This document shows positions 1-12,600 of a stretch of DNA of 64,000 nucleotides, piece after piece. The DNA lies in NCBI GenBank assembly GCA_965112735.1, contig OZ218950.1, positions 4,402,001-4,466,000 on the forward strand. Direction: 5' to 3'. The DNA comes from Phaeosaccion multiseriatum (Eukaryota; Protista; Ochrophyta, other classes). Each line of letters begins with the position of its first letter. The stretch's first letter is position 1. The position numbers were made by a program, and so were the translations under genes. The notes beneath the pieces were generated by a model that saw only the letters and a program-made list of their open reading frames with translations, had not been told where the DNA came from and made no database searches.

Positions 1-3000
1 GTTTGAGCAACACGAGCAAGCCGCCTTCGGCAGAGGACCCTTCTCGCGAGGGCAGCAGCACCGCATGGGGCCCTCCTTGCCCTCCTCCTCCTCCTCCACC
101 ACCACCACCACCACCACCACCGCCAGCACTGCCATCACTGCCGCCTCCACCCACCCACATGATGGCCAGGCCCCTGCACGTCTGCTGCCACCCCTCCGTC
201 ACTTGACGCGTCTGCGCCTGCAAGGCTCTGACCCAGGAGGGCAACCAGCTCGCCGACGATGAGAAAGCCGACAGTGATCCTCCTCCCTCGCCATAGGAGT
301 ATTCGAACCCCGGACTAAACGCCCCTGCACCGAGTGCCTTGTGCACCGCCAGCCGCGCTCTTGTGAATAGCACGAGGACTCGCAAGGGCATGGACAGCCA
401 CGACCCCGACCCCGATACTGAATCGGCCATGCCTTCCACTCTGCCGTAGTAGATAGCAGCAAGGTCGAGGTCGGCCTCCACCCCGAGCCCAAACTCATAC
501 ATGTACCCCATGTTGTAGTAGCCCTGCGCCAGGCCTGACGACGCTGCCCTGGAGTACCACCACGCCGCTCTTATGGGGTCCCGAGGCATGCCCCCTTGAC
601 CGTAGAAGAAGGCATCCCCGAGGGGCAAAAAAGCTTCCGCCTTGCCTTCGGAGGCCTCCATGACGTGATATCGCACTGACACGGCGCGTTTCCACCCCTG
701 TGCTTCTTCATTAGAGGAGGGACGATGATGATGCAAAGAGCCACGCTCATGATTCTCCCAACCTTGGTCTTGGTCGGCCTCGCTACCATGACCACCACCA
801 CCACCACCACCACCACCACCATCGCCACTATCGACGCTGCCACCATCGCTGCTCCTCTCCGACTGCGGCAGGGTGTCTGTCTGGCCGTGATGGTCCTGAA
901 GAGGCGCCGCAAGAGGCGGCCCGAGGAGAAGGTTGGGCTTATTGTCCACGAGGAAGGCCACGTTGCTGCCCGCTACCTCATACCCCATCTCACTCGCAAT
1001 AGCGTAGGCCATGACCGAGCACCCTGAGCGAGAGAATGGGGAAGGGGGGAGGGGGAAGGGGGGAGGGGGAAGGGGAGGGAGGCAGGAGGAGATGAGTGAG
1101 GTAGCTGGGTAGGCAGGCAGGCAAGGAGGGAGGGTGGGAGGGAGGGAAGGAGGGAAGGAGGGAAGGAGGGAAGGAGGGAAGGAGGGAAGGAGGGAGGGAA
1201 GGAGGGAAGGAGGGAAGGAGGGAAGGAAGGAAGGAAGGAAGGAAGGAAGGAAGGAAGGAAGGAAGGAAGGAAGGAAGGAAGGAAGGAAGGAAGGAAGGAA
1301 GGAAGGAAGGAAGGAAGGAAGGAAGGAAGGAAGGAAGGAAGGAAGGAAAGAAGGAAGGAAGGAAGGAAGGAAGGAAGGAAGGAAGGAAGGAAGGAAGGAA
1401 GGAAGGAAGGAAGGAGGGAAGGAGATGGAGGTCCAGAGAGCGAGCAAGACAGCGACCGAGAGAGAGAACGAAGGAAGTCCGCCCACTCACCGAGGTCCTT
1501 CTGCAGGTAGCAGTCGAAGCCCTGGCGGACGAGCTTGCCCCACGTTCCGGCCAAGGCGGCCGGCAAGAGGTACTTGGCCGCCTCTGCCCCGCTACGCTTC
1601 CCACCCTTCACCCCCTCCCCCTTAAGGTGCATGCCACCGAGCTCGTAAGCCGAGTCGAAGTGGCCGTGAGAGTGCGCCGCTACCGCAAACAGCCTCGCTG
1701 CCTCCGCCTTATCCTCCCGTGTGCCCAGCCCTCTTCTCAGCATGTGACCGGCGTTGTAGCATCCGTCTCCGTCGCCCCCATCGGCCGCCCGCCGAAACAG
1801 CGCATAGGCCTGCGTCAGATTCTGCTCCAGCTCCGCCCCGAAAAAGTACTCATACGCCAGCCCATTCAGTGCGCGAGTGCTGCCCTCGTCGGCGGCGGCC
1901 TGTGGTACGATTTCAGGTTCAGTTTCAGTTTCCCGTTTCAGGTTCAGTTCTTTTACCCCGACCAATGCACTGCCATGGTATCGAGAACTGATACATCGAT
2001 GCGCCAACTCACCTGGTAGAGAAGGACGGCGTGGGTGTGATTCTTGCTGCCGATGGGGACCGTACCTTCCCCCTTGAGATGCATGCCGGCCGCTGCCACC
2101 CTTCCCTCGTTGCTCCCCTGCTCCACGGCGCGGGTGTAGTAACTCAAGGCTCGAGTGTGGTCTCTCGCGACACCTCTCGCTCCGAAGTAGCTCAGGTCAC
2201 CCATGGCAAGGATGGAGGGGAGATGCCCTTGCTCAGCCCGCTCCATCTGTCACACGGCACAGCACGGCACCATGAGGCAAACAAGGGAGGGGAGGGAAGT
2301 GAAAGGAAGGGAAGGGGCAAGAAGGGAAGGGCTTTCGAGATGAGATGAAATGGGGAGAAGGGCAACAAAGACACTTCCTCCTCCTCCTCCTCCTCCTCCT
2401 CCTCCTCCTCCTCCTCCTCCTCCTCCTCCTCCTTCTTCCTTTCACCTCCTCCTCCTCTTCCCCTTCTCCCCTACCCCCCCTCTCCCCTACCCCACGTACC
2501 TGATACCGAATGGCTTCGTCTTCGTCCCCCATCTGCCCCAGCGCCATCTTGGCATCGCTGACATCGCTGAGCCGCGTGAGCTCCAGCAGCGGCTGCTGAC
2601 CCGGTTCATGGAACAGCTGATATGCCTTGTTCGCCGCCGAATCTAGATAGAAGGCCGCTGCCTCTGAGTCAGCATGAAGGCCTCCGTAGCCCTTTAGATA
2701 GCGCCATCCGAGGGCGAGGCGGGCGGCGTCCTCGCCCCCTGTGCGGTCCATGCGTGCATGCGTGCGTACGTGTGTGCGTGCGTGCGTTTGTGCGTGCGTG
2801 CGTGCGTGCGTGGGTGGGAGGGTGGGAGGGTGGGTGGATGGGTGGGTGAGTGGGTGAGTGGGTGGGTAAGTGGGTGGGTGGGTGGGTGGATAAGTGCATA
2901 CAGAGCACGGAGGGAGTGACGGGAAACAACCACACACATCGATACGCGCACGCATGAAGGGACAGGATTTGCAGGTTCAGGACACACACACCCACGCATC

Positions 3001-4144
3001 CACGCACCTGCTGCTGCCACGTGAAGCAAGGCCATGGCCACCGCGGTGACGTCAGCAGAGCCCCCCGCAGCCACTCCCACCCCACTGGGAAGGAGGAGGG
3101 CAGGAGTTCTACTGCCGCTGCGAGGGGGGGTACCTCCTCCCGCTGCTCCTTCTTCCGAATATGACGGTGTTGCAAATGAGGATGACAAGGATGAGCCCAG
3201 CTGCAGATGTAAGGGCCCTCCCACCCCTGTCAGCAGCAAGACCGCCATGAGCCACGCTGCCCTGGGGTGGACGTCACTCTGCAGCGCTGCTCGCAGATGT
3301 GCAAAGGCCTCTGGTGCCCTCGTCAGCCCGGTCAATCGGGCTGCGACTCCTGCTTCTCCCTTCTCCTCCTCCTCCTCCCTCCCCGCACACCACCCGCCGC
3401 CGCCGCCGCCGCCGCTACTGCTGCTACTGCCGGCCGTGCCTAGCTCGAGCTCCCTCCCCAGAAGGAGGAGGCTGGCGAATCTCACTCGGGCCTCGGCGTG
3501 GCCGGCTTCTGCGGCGACACGGTAGCGCTCGACTCGCTCCAGGTAAGGGAGGCACTGCTCGGTGGATACGAGGGCCGAGGTAAAGGCCGCCTCCGTCACT
3601 GTTCGCTCCAACGGCGAAAAAGAGGAAGGCAGCAGATGCCCCTTGGTAGAACCATCACCACCATCCTCCTCCTCGTCCTCCTCCGAGTGTTCGACTCCAC
3701 TTCTTTTGTCGCCGCCATTCATCAGCCAAGGCGCCACAGCGTTGAAGCCCAGAAGGCCTTCCGAGGAGAGGCCCGTTGCCACCGCACGAGCAGCAGATGA
3801 TGACGACGAGGATGATAATGTGAATAGATCTTCTCCTTCTCCACTCCTCCCCATCATCCCCGCCGGGGACCTGGAAGGGCTACTCAGGAACGTTCCCCGC
3901 CCTCTCTCAAAGTCACGCTGGATTCGCTCCGACGTCAGCACGCCATCAAACAGAGCGAGCTGGGCCCAAAAGGCACGAGGCCCGGCGTTGGAAGGGTCTT
4001 TCCCCAGGTACAGGCCCTCTTGATTGCGCAGCACGTGAGAGACGGGAGTGCCCTCGAAAAGGAGGTCGGTGTCCAACCGTCCATTGATGAAGAGACGAAA
4101 GCCGAAATCCCCTGCTGCTTTTGCTTCTTCTTCTACTGCTGCTG

Positions 4145-4178
<34 letters not shown>

Positions 4179-6343
4179 CCCTTCTCCTCCTTCTCTTCCC
4201 TTGCTGCGGCTGCTGCTGCTGCTGCTGCTGCTACTACTGCTGCTGCTGCTGCGATGATGGTGGTCAAAGGTGAAAGCCAGGTGCACCCACTCTCCCAGAG
4301 GAAGGGCGCCGAAGGAGTTGGTGCCAAAGTCCGGGTCGTCAGTCAAGCTAACTCTCAAGGCAAGACGATTGGAGTCGGGGAGCAGCCACGCAGACGGCGT
4401 CCGTTGGGTGCCTGCCGAGTCGCCCTTGAACAAGAGAGGGCGGAACTTGCCAGTAGGAGGCTGCAGCAGCCGCAGCCAGAAGGTCATGCTCCACGACTGT
4501 GACCGCACCTCTCCTCTGTCGCTCACTCCTTCTCCTTCGTCTTTTCCTTCTCCTCCCCCTTCCCCTTCCCCATCGACATCGTCGGCAACTTTGTCTACAC
4601 CTTCGTCTTCTCCACCTCCTCCTGCTGCTTCTGCTGCTGCTGTGGAAGGAGTCAGCGTTGTTGCCTCCATTGCATCGCCGTGGATGCCCTCACCCCCCTC
4701 CTCCCACTGCTGCCCATGATGCTGTTGCTGATGCTCCTCATCCTCTTCCTCGTCTTTCTGAAGTGAAAGCAGCACACGAGGCACGGAGTCCACTCCCCAT
4801 TCCTCCTCTCCTTCCTCACTTCCACCCTCTCCTTCCAAGACAGCCACGGGCCGGCGGTGGCGACGGCGGCTGCTACGACCACCGACTCCCTTTGACTTTG
4901 AACCTGACCCTAACTCTGACCCTGACTCTGGCTCTGCTGTTGGGAAGGAGGAGAACGGTAAGAAGAGCTGGTTCTCCCCAGAGAAGGCCAACACTCCGCC
5001 CACTTCGAAGAAGGGCTTAGGGTTGCGATTGGTGCTGTCCACAGCCAAACCACCAGGCGAGACTAACCCTTCGCCCTTCTGCATAGGGTCCGACCCGTTG
5101 AGTTCGACATGATCTTCGCGTTGGTGTCCGATCTGAGTAGATCCAAGACCATTGGCAGTGCCCCCCGTGCCCAGCTGAGCAATCCTTGCTGAGCCGATTG
5201 TAATCTCGTCCTGACAGCTGCTCAGCTCCAGAGGCATCCCATGCGCCTTTGCTATTCGCTCGTCTCCCACTACAAGCCATGCTTCGTACCGTCCGGGGCC
5301 GACGCCGAGTCTGAGGGAAAGGCTCCCTCCGGGGCCCGCGAGAAGACCAGGACTACTCCTACCCCGTGTACCACCAACGCTGTTGTCGATGGTGCTGCTG
5401 CTGGTGCTTTCGTTGAGGTCCACGCTCACGTTGGTGGGCAATGAGGAGCTCCAACCCTCTCCCTCCCCACCTCCCTCCTTTGCTGCCCCGTCCGAGCTGG
5501 AGCGGGCCTCAAGGTTGCTGCTGCTGCCGCTGCTGCCCGTACCTCCTCCGGTATCCCACAGGCCCCGCAGCTGCTTGACCCTGGCCGTCGCATGGAATGT
5601 ACCCGCCTCTACCGCGGAGGTGAGTTCTCCCCACGCCCGATCGTCCATCTCAGTCAGCACTAACTTTGTGGCATCGGGGCTCCAGCTTCCCTTGCCCCTC
5701 GTCAGACGCACGGCGCCCGCCTGGAACTCAAGCGCATTATTTAGGGTAAGGGCGTCTCCTAAGGGCGGTGCATTGGTGCTCTCCAAAAAAGTTAAGGTGA
5801 AGAAGCGATGCGGCAAGGTTCCCCACTCGACCGAGGAGAGACCGGGCGCAGCGGCTGCGGGCCCCCCTGCACGTGGGCTGTGGATGACGCTATAGTAAGG
5901 GGCGAGGGGTGTGGGAAGGGCCTGCTCCACCTGTCATGGACAAGAGGACGTCGAGATGACAGCAGTTACACGATTAGTCAGGACGGCAAGGATCTACCTT
6001 CACTTTTGTCCCCTCTGAAGCTCACCTCCAGCGCACGAGAAGTTGCAACTCCATATTGGTACACGTCCACTCGAGCCACGGCCGCCTGCCCTTCGACGAT
6101 ACCGCTACTGCTTCTCTCTCCTTGGTGCTGGATAGTCTTGTCCTCCTCTTTCTGGACGCTCCAAAGACCTATCCACACGGTGGGCCAACCTTCCACTACA
6201 TCAACACTATCATCTAGCCTCCAGGTCACGCCAAGGCGATCACCAGGGCAGATGGGGAGAGAGTGAGAAAGCGAGAGAGTACTCGCAGACAGTGCCGTGA
6301 GGCTGCTCAGAAGTAGCAGCAGATGCAGCAGCAGGCAGAGCAT
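1..6343 (-). CDS. Secreted LamG (concanavalin A-like) + Sel1-repeat protein, SEL1L3/Hrd3-like; 3' end outside the window (>1,700 aa)
   Basis: Exons 6343-6026, 5930-3008, 2738-2500, 2246-2013, 1899-1491, 1023-<1, all GT-AG and phase-consistent. Signal peptide [20 protein letters not shown]. LamG motifs SWSMTFWLR, LPLGEWVHLAFTF, FRLFINGRLD, LYLGKD (~4500-3920). Sel1 repeats ARLALGWRYLKGYGG, AMGDLSYFGARGVARDHTRALSYY, ALNGLAYEYFFG, CYNAGHMLRRGLG, LGDAFFYGQGGMPRD, YYNMGYMYEFGLGV. SEL1L-type ASEMGYEVAGSNVAF. The last exon has no stop before base 1, so it is absent from the ORF track. Confidence 0.85.
1140..1421. repeat. (GGAA)n/(GGAAGGAG)n microsatellite in an intron of the Sel1 gene
   Basis: Long pure tetranucleotide run inside intron 1490-1024. 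Confidence 0.95.
2376..2432. repeat. (CCT)n microsatellite, intronic
   Basis: Pure CCT run in intron 2499-2247. Confidence 0.9.
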
Positions 6344-6616
6344 CCTTTCAACTCTTTATTGCTGCTTTATTGGCCAGGCTACCGGTCCTTGACTTATCCT
6401 GAACACCATGCCGGCGCGGAAATAGGATTTCCTCCCTCTCTCCCCCTCCCTTCCCTCTCCCTCTCCCTCTAGCTTCTCTTCTACGATATAAGATCAGCCA
6501 CTAGCTGCAATAAGATCAACCACTAGCAGGAGGTTGCGTGTAAGCTGGGGGACACCGGGAAAGAGCCACACGGCACACTTTTCTCTGAGGCAAACCCGCA
6601 GAGGAACGAGCTGTCC
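6344..6616. promoter_or_regulatory. Candidate bidirectional promoter between the Sel1 gene and HisRS
   Basis: 273 bp between divergent ATGs. Pyrimidine tract at ~6428-6482. Direct repeat ATAAGATCA(G/A)CCACTAGC at 6488-6505 and 6510-6527. Confidence 0.55.
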
Positions 6617-9600
6617 ATGGCGGCGTCAAGCGGCATCACGGTGACGGTGGGGGCGAGACAGGTCCAGCTGTCGGAGGTGGTGCTGGTTGCCCACGGCGGC
6701 AGATGCGGCACCGTGCACGACGAAAGTGTTGCCGTCAAAGTTGAGCTGGACCCGGCTAGCCTGGACCGATGCTCAGAGGCGGCCGCAAAGGCCAGGGCAG
6801 GAGGTGAAGCTTTCGACCTCAGGCGAGTGCTCGGTGTAGAAAGTTCGGAGATGGGGATGTGGTGTGCGTGTGCCTGTATTTTGGGGGGGGGTGGCGTATG
6901 ATTTGTGGTGAGGGGGGGGAGTAAATGTTGTTTGTCGGTGGTGGATCCCAAGAAGGGAGGGAGGCCCTACCGCTAACCCTCTTTCCTCCTTCCCTCGCTT
7001 TGCTCTTTCTCTCTCCCTATCCCCTTAACTCCCTGTCTGTCTGCCTGCCTGTATCGAGCAGTGGCCACTTGGATGGCGACGATGCAGACTTTGAGCCCCT
7101 CCCAGAGGAGGAGGCGCGAGCCGCCATCTTCACGCGCATTGTGTCGTACATGCACGCGAGGGCTGGGGTGGGGGGCGACGTCCTGATCCTGCTGGCAGAG
7201 ATGCTAAATCAGGTACACACACATGCACGTTCTTTGCCACACGTATCGCCACCTCTCTCTGTCTCTCTGTCCCCCCTCCCTCTCTTTAATTGCGAGACTC
7301 GGACGACTGTTCCTATAAGTAGTAGTGCACAAATGACACGTCATTCTTTCCAAGAAGTCATCTCTAACCAAGCCAAACCACACCACACCACACCACACCA
7401 CACCACCTCACATCACGCATCCACCGCAGGGAGTGGTGCCGTGTCTCCCGGAGCTGACAGACGCCGAGGGTCCTCACCTCGTTCGCGCTTTGCTCGGCGG
7501 CGGAGAGTGCACCTTCGAAGGCGGTGCCCAGCCCATGCTGCAGGCCCTCGCCGGCGCGGGTCTAGCTCCTCTCTCCTCCCTAAGTGCCAGCGAGGGGCGC
7601 ACCCTCTGCGGGAAGAGCTTCTCAGCCCTGGCCGGGGCGTGTATGCGCGGGGCCGCGTTACACAACTTCAGCGGTCTGCTGGACTGTGCCGCAGGGCTCA
7701 GCTGCGAGGCCTCCCAAGCACACGCCAAGGCACCCTTTGACTCGGATCACTTTGACAAGTACCGCCCGCACCGCGGTCAGATGAAGGTTGCCGAGCATCT
7801 GCGGTTGCTGTTGGAAGGGAGCACGCTCACCGACAGTCGCAAGGGCGGTCAGCCGGTACGGTACACACACACGGTTTCTGGGAGAGGCAAAAAAAGGGGT
7901 GATGTTGCGTGCTGCCTCAAGTCAGTGAGAGAGTCTCCGCTCCTCCTCTGCGTCGCCGGCACGCTGCCCTTTCACCACTACTCCCAACGCCAATGCGTAC
8001 TCGCACAAAGGAACGCACAACCTGCTTTTATCCTCTTCACTTCCTCCTCCTCCTCCTCCTCCCCCCCCCTCCTCCCTCCTCCCTCCTCCCTCCTCCCTCT
8101 CGCAGGACGCGGACGCCCTCCGAGCACTTCCTCAGTACCACGGGCCTGCTCTTGAAGCCACGCTCGTCGCCGCGAAGACGCTCACCATTGAGCTCAACAG
8201 TGCGGAGGCAGGACCGCTCATGTTGGATCAGCAGCAGGATGCCCAGGAAAAGGAGGGAGGAGGAGGAGGAGGAGGAGGAGGAGGAGGAGGGGGCAAGGGC
8301 AAGGGCAAGGAGGGCAAGGAGGTTCCGCCCTACCACCCGCAAGTGGTTCTATCGGTGTGCGCCTCTTTGAGTGAGGCGGTGAGCGTGTTGTCTGCCGGGG
8401 CCCTGCAGAGAGCGGCGCTCGTCAGAAGCGGAGACGCCACGGAGCTAAAGGATGGTACGTAAACTTCGTCCCTTTCCCCTTCAGGAAGAAAACGCAGAGT
8501 GAAAGGTGAAGAGTGAAGCTTTCCCTAGTGGAGCCCCTGACTCCCCCTCCCCCCCCCCCCCCGTCACCCACCCACACAGCTCCGTCTCGGGCGGACTTTG
8601 GCGGTCTGACCCAGGACCTGAGCGGGCTTTCTCTCGACGACTTGTCCCTCACGCTGTGTGGTGCCATCCGCACCCTGCAGCAGGCCCTGGTAGACGAGCT
8701 GAGCAGCGCACTCGGGGTGTTAGGGGCGAAGGAGGAGAAGCTCAAGGAGGCGTTGAGAGAGAAGGAGGCCAAGGCAGCGGCGAGGAGCAGCCAGGAGGGA
8801 GGAGGGGGGGGGCACCCGATGGGAGGGGGGAGGCCCGCGGAGGAGGAGAAGGTACGCTTGCTGCTACAACCCTGGTAGTGTTGGTGGTGGTGCTGCTGTT
8901 CTCTTATACTGTTGGGCTTGGGCTGTAGATGGTGCCCATCTCCCAGCCCCCACCCCCCGGATGTGGCAGGAAGCTTCCCTCCGGCATAGGGCTCAAACCC
9001 CACCACCCTTCCTCCCTCCCTCCCTCCCTCCCTCCCTCCCTCCCTCCCTCCCTCCCTCCCTCCTGTTCTCTGCCCCCTCTCCTCTCAATGATTCAACCAT
9101 CCAATGGTCTTCTCTTCCATCTGCCATCTCTTTCCTCTTACATGCTCTTACACATCCCTTCAAAACTTCCCCCAACTCTCATAAGCCACCCGAGGGCCTC
9201 TCCGGTGACGCACTGGCCAAGTGGGAGGCCAAGAGAAAGGCCAAGGCAGAAAAGATGGCAGCCAAAGCGGCGGCCAAGGCGGCGGCCAAGGCAGCCAGTA
9301 AGAAGGACAAGGGTATCCGGCTAGGGCTAGGCAAGGGCACCACGCAGTTCAGGAAGATTGTGAGTACAATGTGTTGTGCAATGGTAGTGAAAATTGATCT
9401 ATGCACGCACACGCACACGCACACGGACGCACACACACACACGGGCACACGCGCAGCACAAGCCCACAGGACACACACCACGCAGACACGCTCACATATG
9501 CTAAACACGGACACACACACACACACACACGCACACGATACACGTCACACACACGCACGAAACCACAACAACAACAACACCAAACCACCAACACGCCAAA

Positions 9601-12600
9601 CAGGTCCTGGAGATGACGGGAGGCAAGGTGGATGCAGCGTCGCTGGCCATGGTGTGCAGTCCCTGGTTAGTGGGGCCAACGGGGCTAGGGCGGCGCGCTG
9701 CCGACCTTCTCTCGGAGCTGAGCAGCGGTGGGGTGCAGCGGAGGCCCAAGGTGGCCAAGGGGGCAAGGGACTTTACCCCCGAGCAGATGGCGGTAGGTTT
9801 GAGGGGGGTGAGGGGTGGAATGTGGGCTGTGGGGGCTGGCTGAGGGGTGAGGGGGAGTGAGGGGATAAGAGGTGGGGGTTAGATATGTATATATGTTTAT
9901 CATGTATGTACGTATGTATGTATGTATGTATGTATGCCCACACACACCTCTCAAGCTTTTGTTCTGAGCCCTTCTTCGCTGGTGCCCACACCACTCACTC
10001 TTGACAGGTGCGAGAAACGGCCTTCTCCATCATCCGGAGAGTGTTCAAGACGCACGGTGAGATGGAGGCAGATGAGCAGTCGTACTTCCTTCCTTCCTTC
10101 CTTCGTTCTTTTCCACTCACCGCCTCTAATTGCTGTCCACTCACCCCACCGCACACTCACACTCATATGCACACTGCTGGACATCCGTCCACACACAATG
10201 TCCTTCTCCTCCCCTCCCCTCCGTCTCTTTTAAGGTGCCGTGGAGATTGACACCCCAGTGTTCGAGCTCCAGCAAACCCTGCAGGGCAAGTACGGCGAAG
10301 ACAGCAAGCTCATCTACGAGCTTGCTGACCAAGGAGAGGAGCTCCTCTGCCTTCGCTACGATCTCACCGTGCCCTTTGCACGCTTCCTTGCACTCAACAA
10401 GGTTGGCAACATTAAACGCTTCCACATCGCCAAGGTCTATCGCAGGTGGGTGTAGTAAGTCAATGGGTGGGTGGGTGGGTGAGTAGGGTGGGGTAGGGTG
10501 AGGTATGCCTTCTTAACTGGAGTGTATGTGTCTTGCGCTTTTTGCTTCACAGCTGTGAGAAAGAGATGGAGAGGATATGTGCCGCTGCCCGCTGCCCCCT
10601 CTGTCCTAACACACCTCTGTGTGTCTTCCCTTTCCTGGCACACCTCCGCCCTGACACCCTCCCCTCTGTCCTGACACCCTCCCCTCTGTCCTGACACCCA
10701 TCGTCCTGACACCCTCTTCCTACCTCCTACCCAGGGACACTGTTAACATCGCTCAGGGGCGCTTCCGCGAGTTCTATCAGTGCGACTTCGACATTGCAGG
10801 GACATATGGGACCATGGTGGCAGACTCGGAGGTGAGCAGGAGGTATATCGGGAGGTATATGGGCATGCATATGGGAGGCATGCGGGCAGGCATGTATGGG
10901 GGCAAGATGGCAGGCATATGGACATATGGGACGCGTGTATCATAGGCGTGTATCTCTCTGAGGAAATACTGCTTACCGCACCGTGCTCGGCCCTCCCTGC
11001 TGTCCTCCTCACCCCCCCCCCCTTTCCGCCTGGTTTGCTGTCCCCTCCCCTCCCTCTGCCCCTATACTATGCGCCTACTATGCCCATTTGCCTTTGCACA
11101 GGTGCTCTCTGTGTGCTGCTCCATCCTGTCTGCCCTGCCCATCGGCACCTTCCAGATCAAGCTCAACCACCGCCGCCTGCTTGACGCCATGCTTGACATC
11201 TGCGGCTGTCCCGCAGAGAAGTTCCGAACCATCTGCTCGGTGCGTCTCGTGACCTACTCTTCTCTCCCTCCCTGTATCCCTCTGGCCGTCTCTCTCCCTC
11301 TCTCTCGCTCTCTCCACCCTTCTCTCTGCCTCTGTGTGTGTGAAGATCTTACAGCGTGCTCCTACTCCTGATCTCCCTCCTCCTCCTCCTCCTCCTCCTC
11401 CTCCTCCTCCTCCTCCTCCTCCTCATCCCCCTTCAATCCTCCCCCCTCCCTCCCAGGCAATCGACAAGCTCGACAAGCTGGAGTGGTCCGAGGTACGGAA
11501 GGAAATGGTGGAGGAGAAGGGGCTTCAAGCGGAGGTGGCAGACCGAATAGAAGGCTTCGTCACACGCGCCGGCAAGCCCCGAGAGCTGTGGGAGAAGCTG
11601 ACAGAGGAGAAGGCTTTCGGCGATCATCCCGTGGCCAATGAAGCCATGGCAGAGTGAGTATAGATTGCAACATGTCATCCGGAAGGACAGGGGGAGGGAA
11701 TGGGTGGACCCCCCCCCCCCAGCGCCCTCCTGCCCGCCCTCCATCCACTGCCATCCCCCATCCACGGCCATCCCCCATCCACGGGCATGCATGTCTGCTC
11801 TTTGTGTCTCAATCAAGTTCTCTTTTTAACCCAGACCCCCCCCCCCTCCATCCCTCCCTCCATCCCTCCCTCCATCCCTCCCTCCATCCCTCTCCCCTCC
11901 CTCCCCTCCCACCCCAGACTGGATCTTCTCTTCAGCTACATGGCGGCAATGGGCACTTTGGACCACGTGTGCTTCGACCTCTCTCTGGCAAGAGGTCTGC
12001 ACTATTACACAGGGCTTATCTACGAGGCTGTGGTGCTGGATGGGGAGACCAAGGTGGGTGTATTCGATGGCAGTAGAGGGGTAGTAAATGGCGGTAGATG
12101 GCAGTGGGTGGTGTTGGACTGGGAGACCAAGGTGGATGGGTCCGTGTGTGTGCGCGTGGACGGGCGTGTGGGCGGGTGTCGTGCGCTCTTGCTGACTTAA
12201 TTCTGGTGCTTGCTCCTGTGAAAAACTCGTGTTGGCTTACTCTGCGTCTGCTCAGGTTGGCTCCATCGCAGCAGGGGGCAGGTATGATGGACTCGTGGGT
12301 ATGTTCAGCCCCGCGGGGGGGGAAACGCCGTGTGTGGGGGTGTCCATAGGCGTAGAGAGAGTCTTCGCTCTCATGGAGGTGAGAGCAGGGCAGGGCAAGG
12401 CCAAGGGGGGGTAGAAGGGAGGGCGGGAGGAGGGTTTCGGTGGGGTGGTTCGGGTGTGAGGGGGGGGAGGGGGGATTCCGCGCAACACACGCTCTCAGAC
12501 ACACACACACACACACGGGTTTATTGGGTTGGACTGGGTTGGGTTGTCCCCTGCTGAACGTTACCTGCGTACCTGCACCACCCACCAACCACCACTCACG

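Noticed and set aside
973-1625. ORFs with PSFL / GRKE repeats
   Set aside because: Translations of the intronic (GGAA)n microsatellite; the Sel1 frame splices around it (1491 to 1023).
6617-8851. A standalone histidine or phenylalanine ammonia-lyase gene
   Set aside because: No ASG/MIO motif, and phase-compatible splicing carries the frame directly into HisRS.
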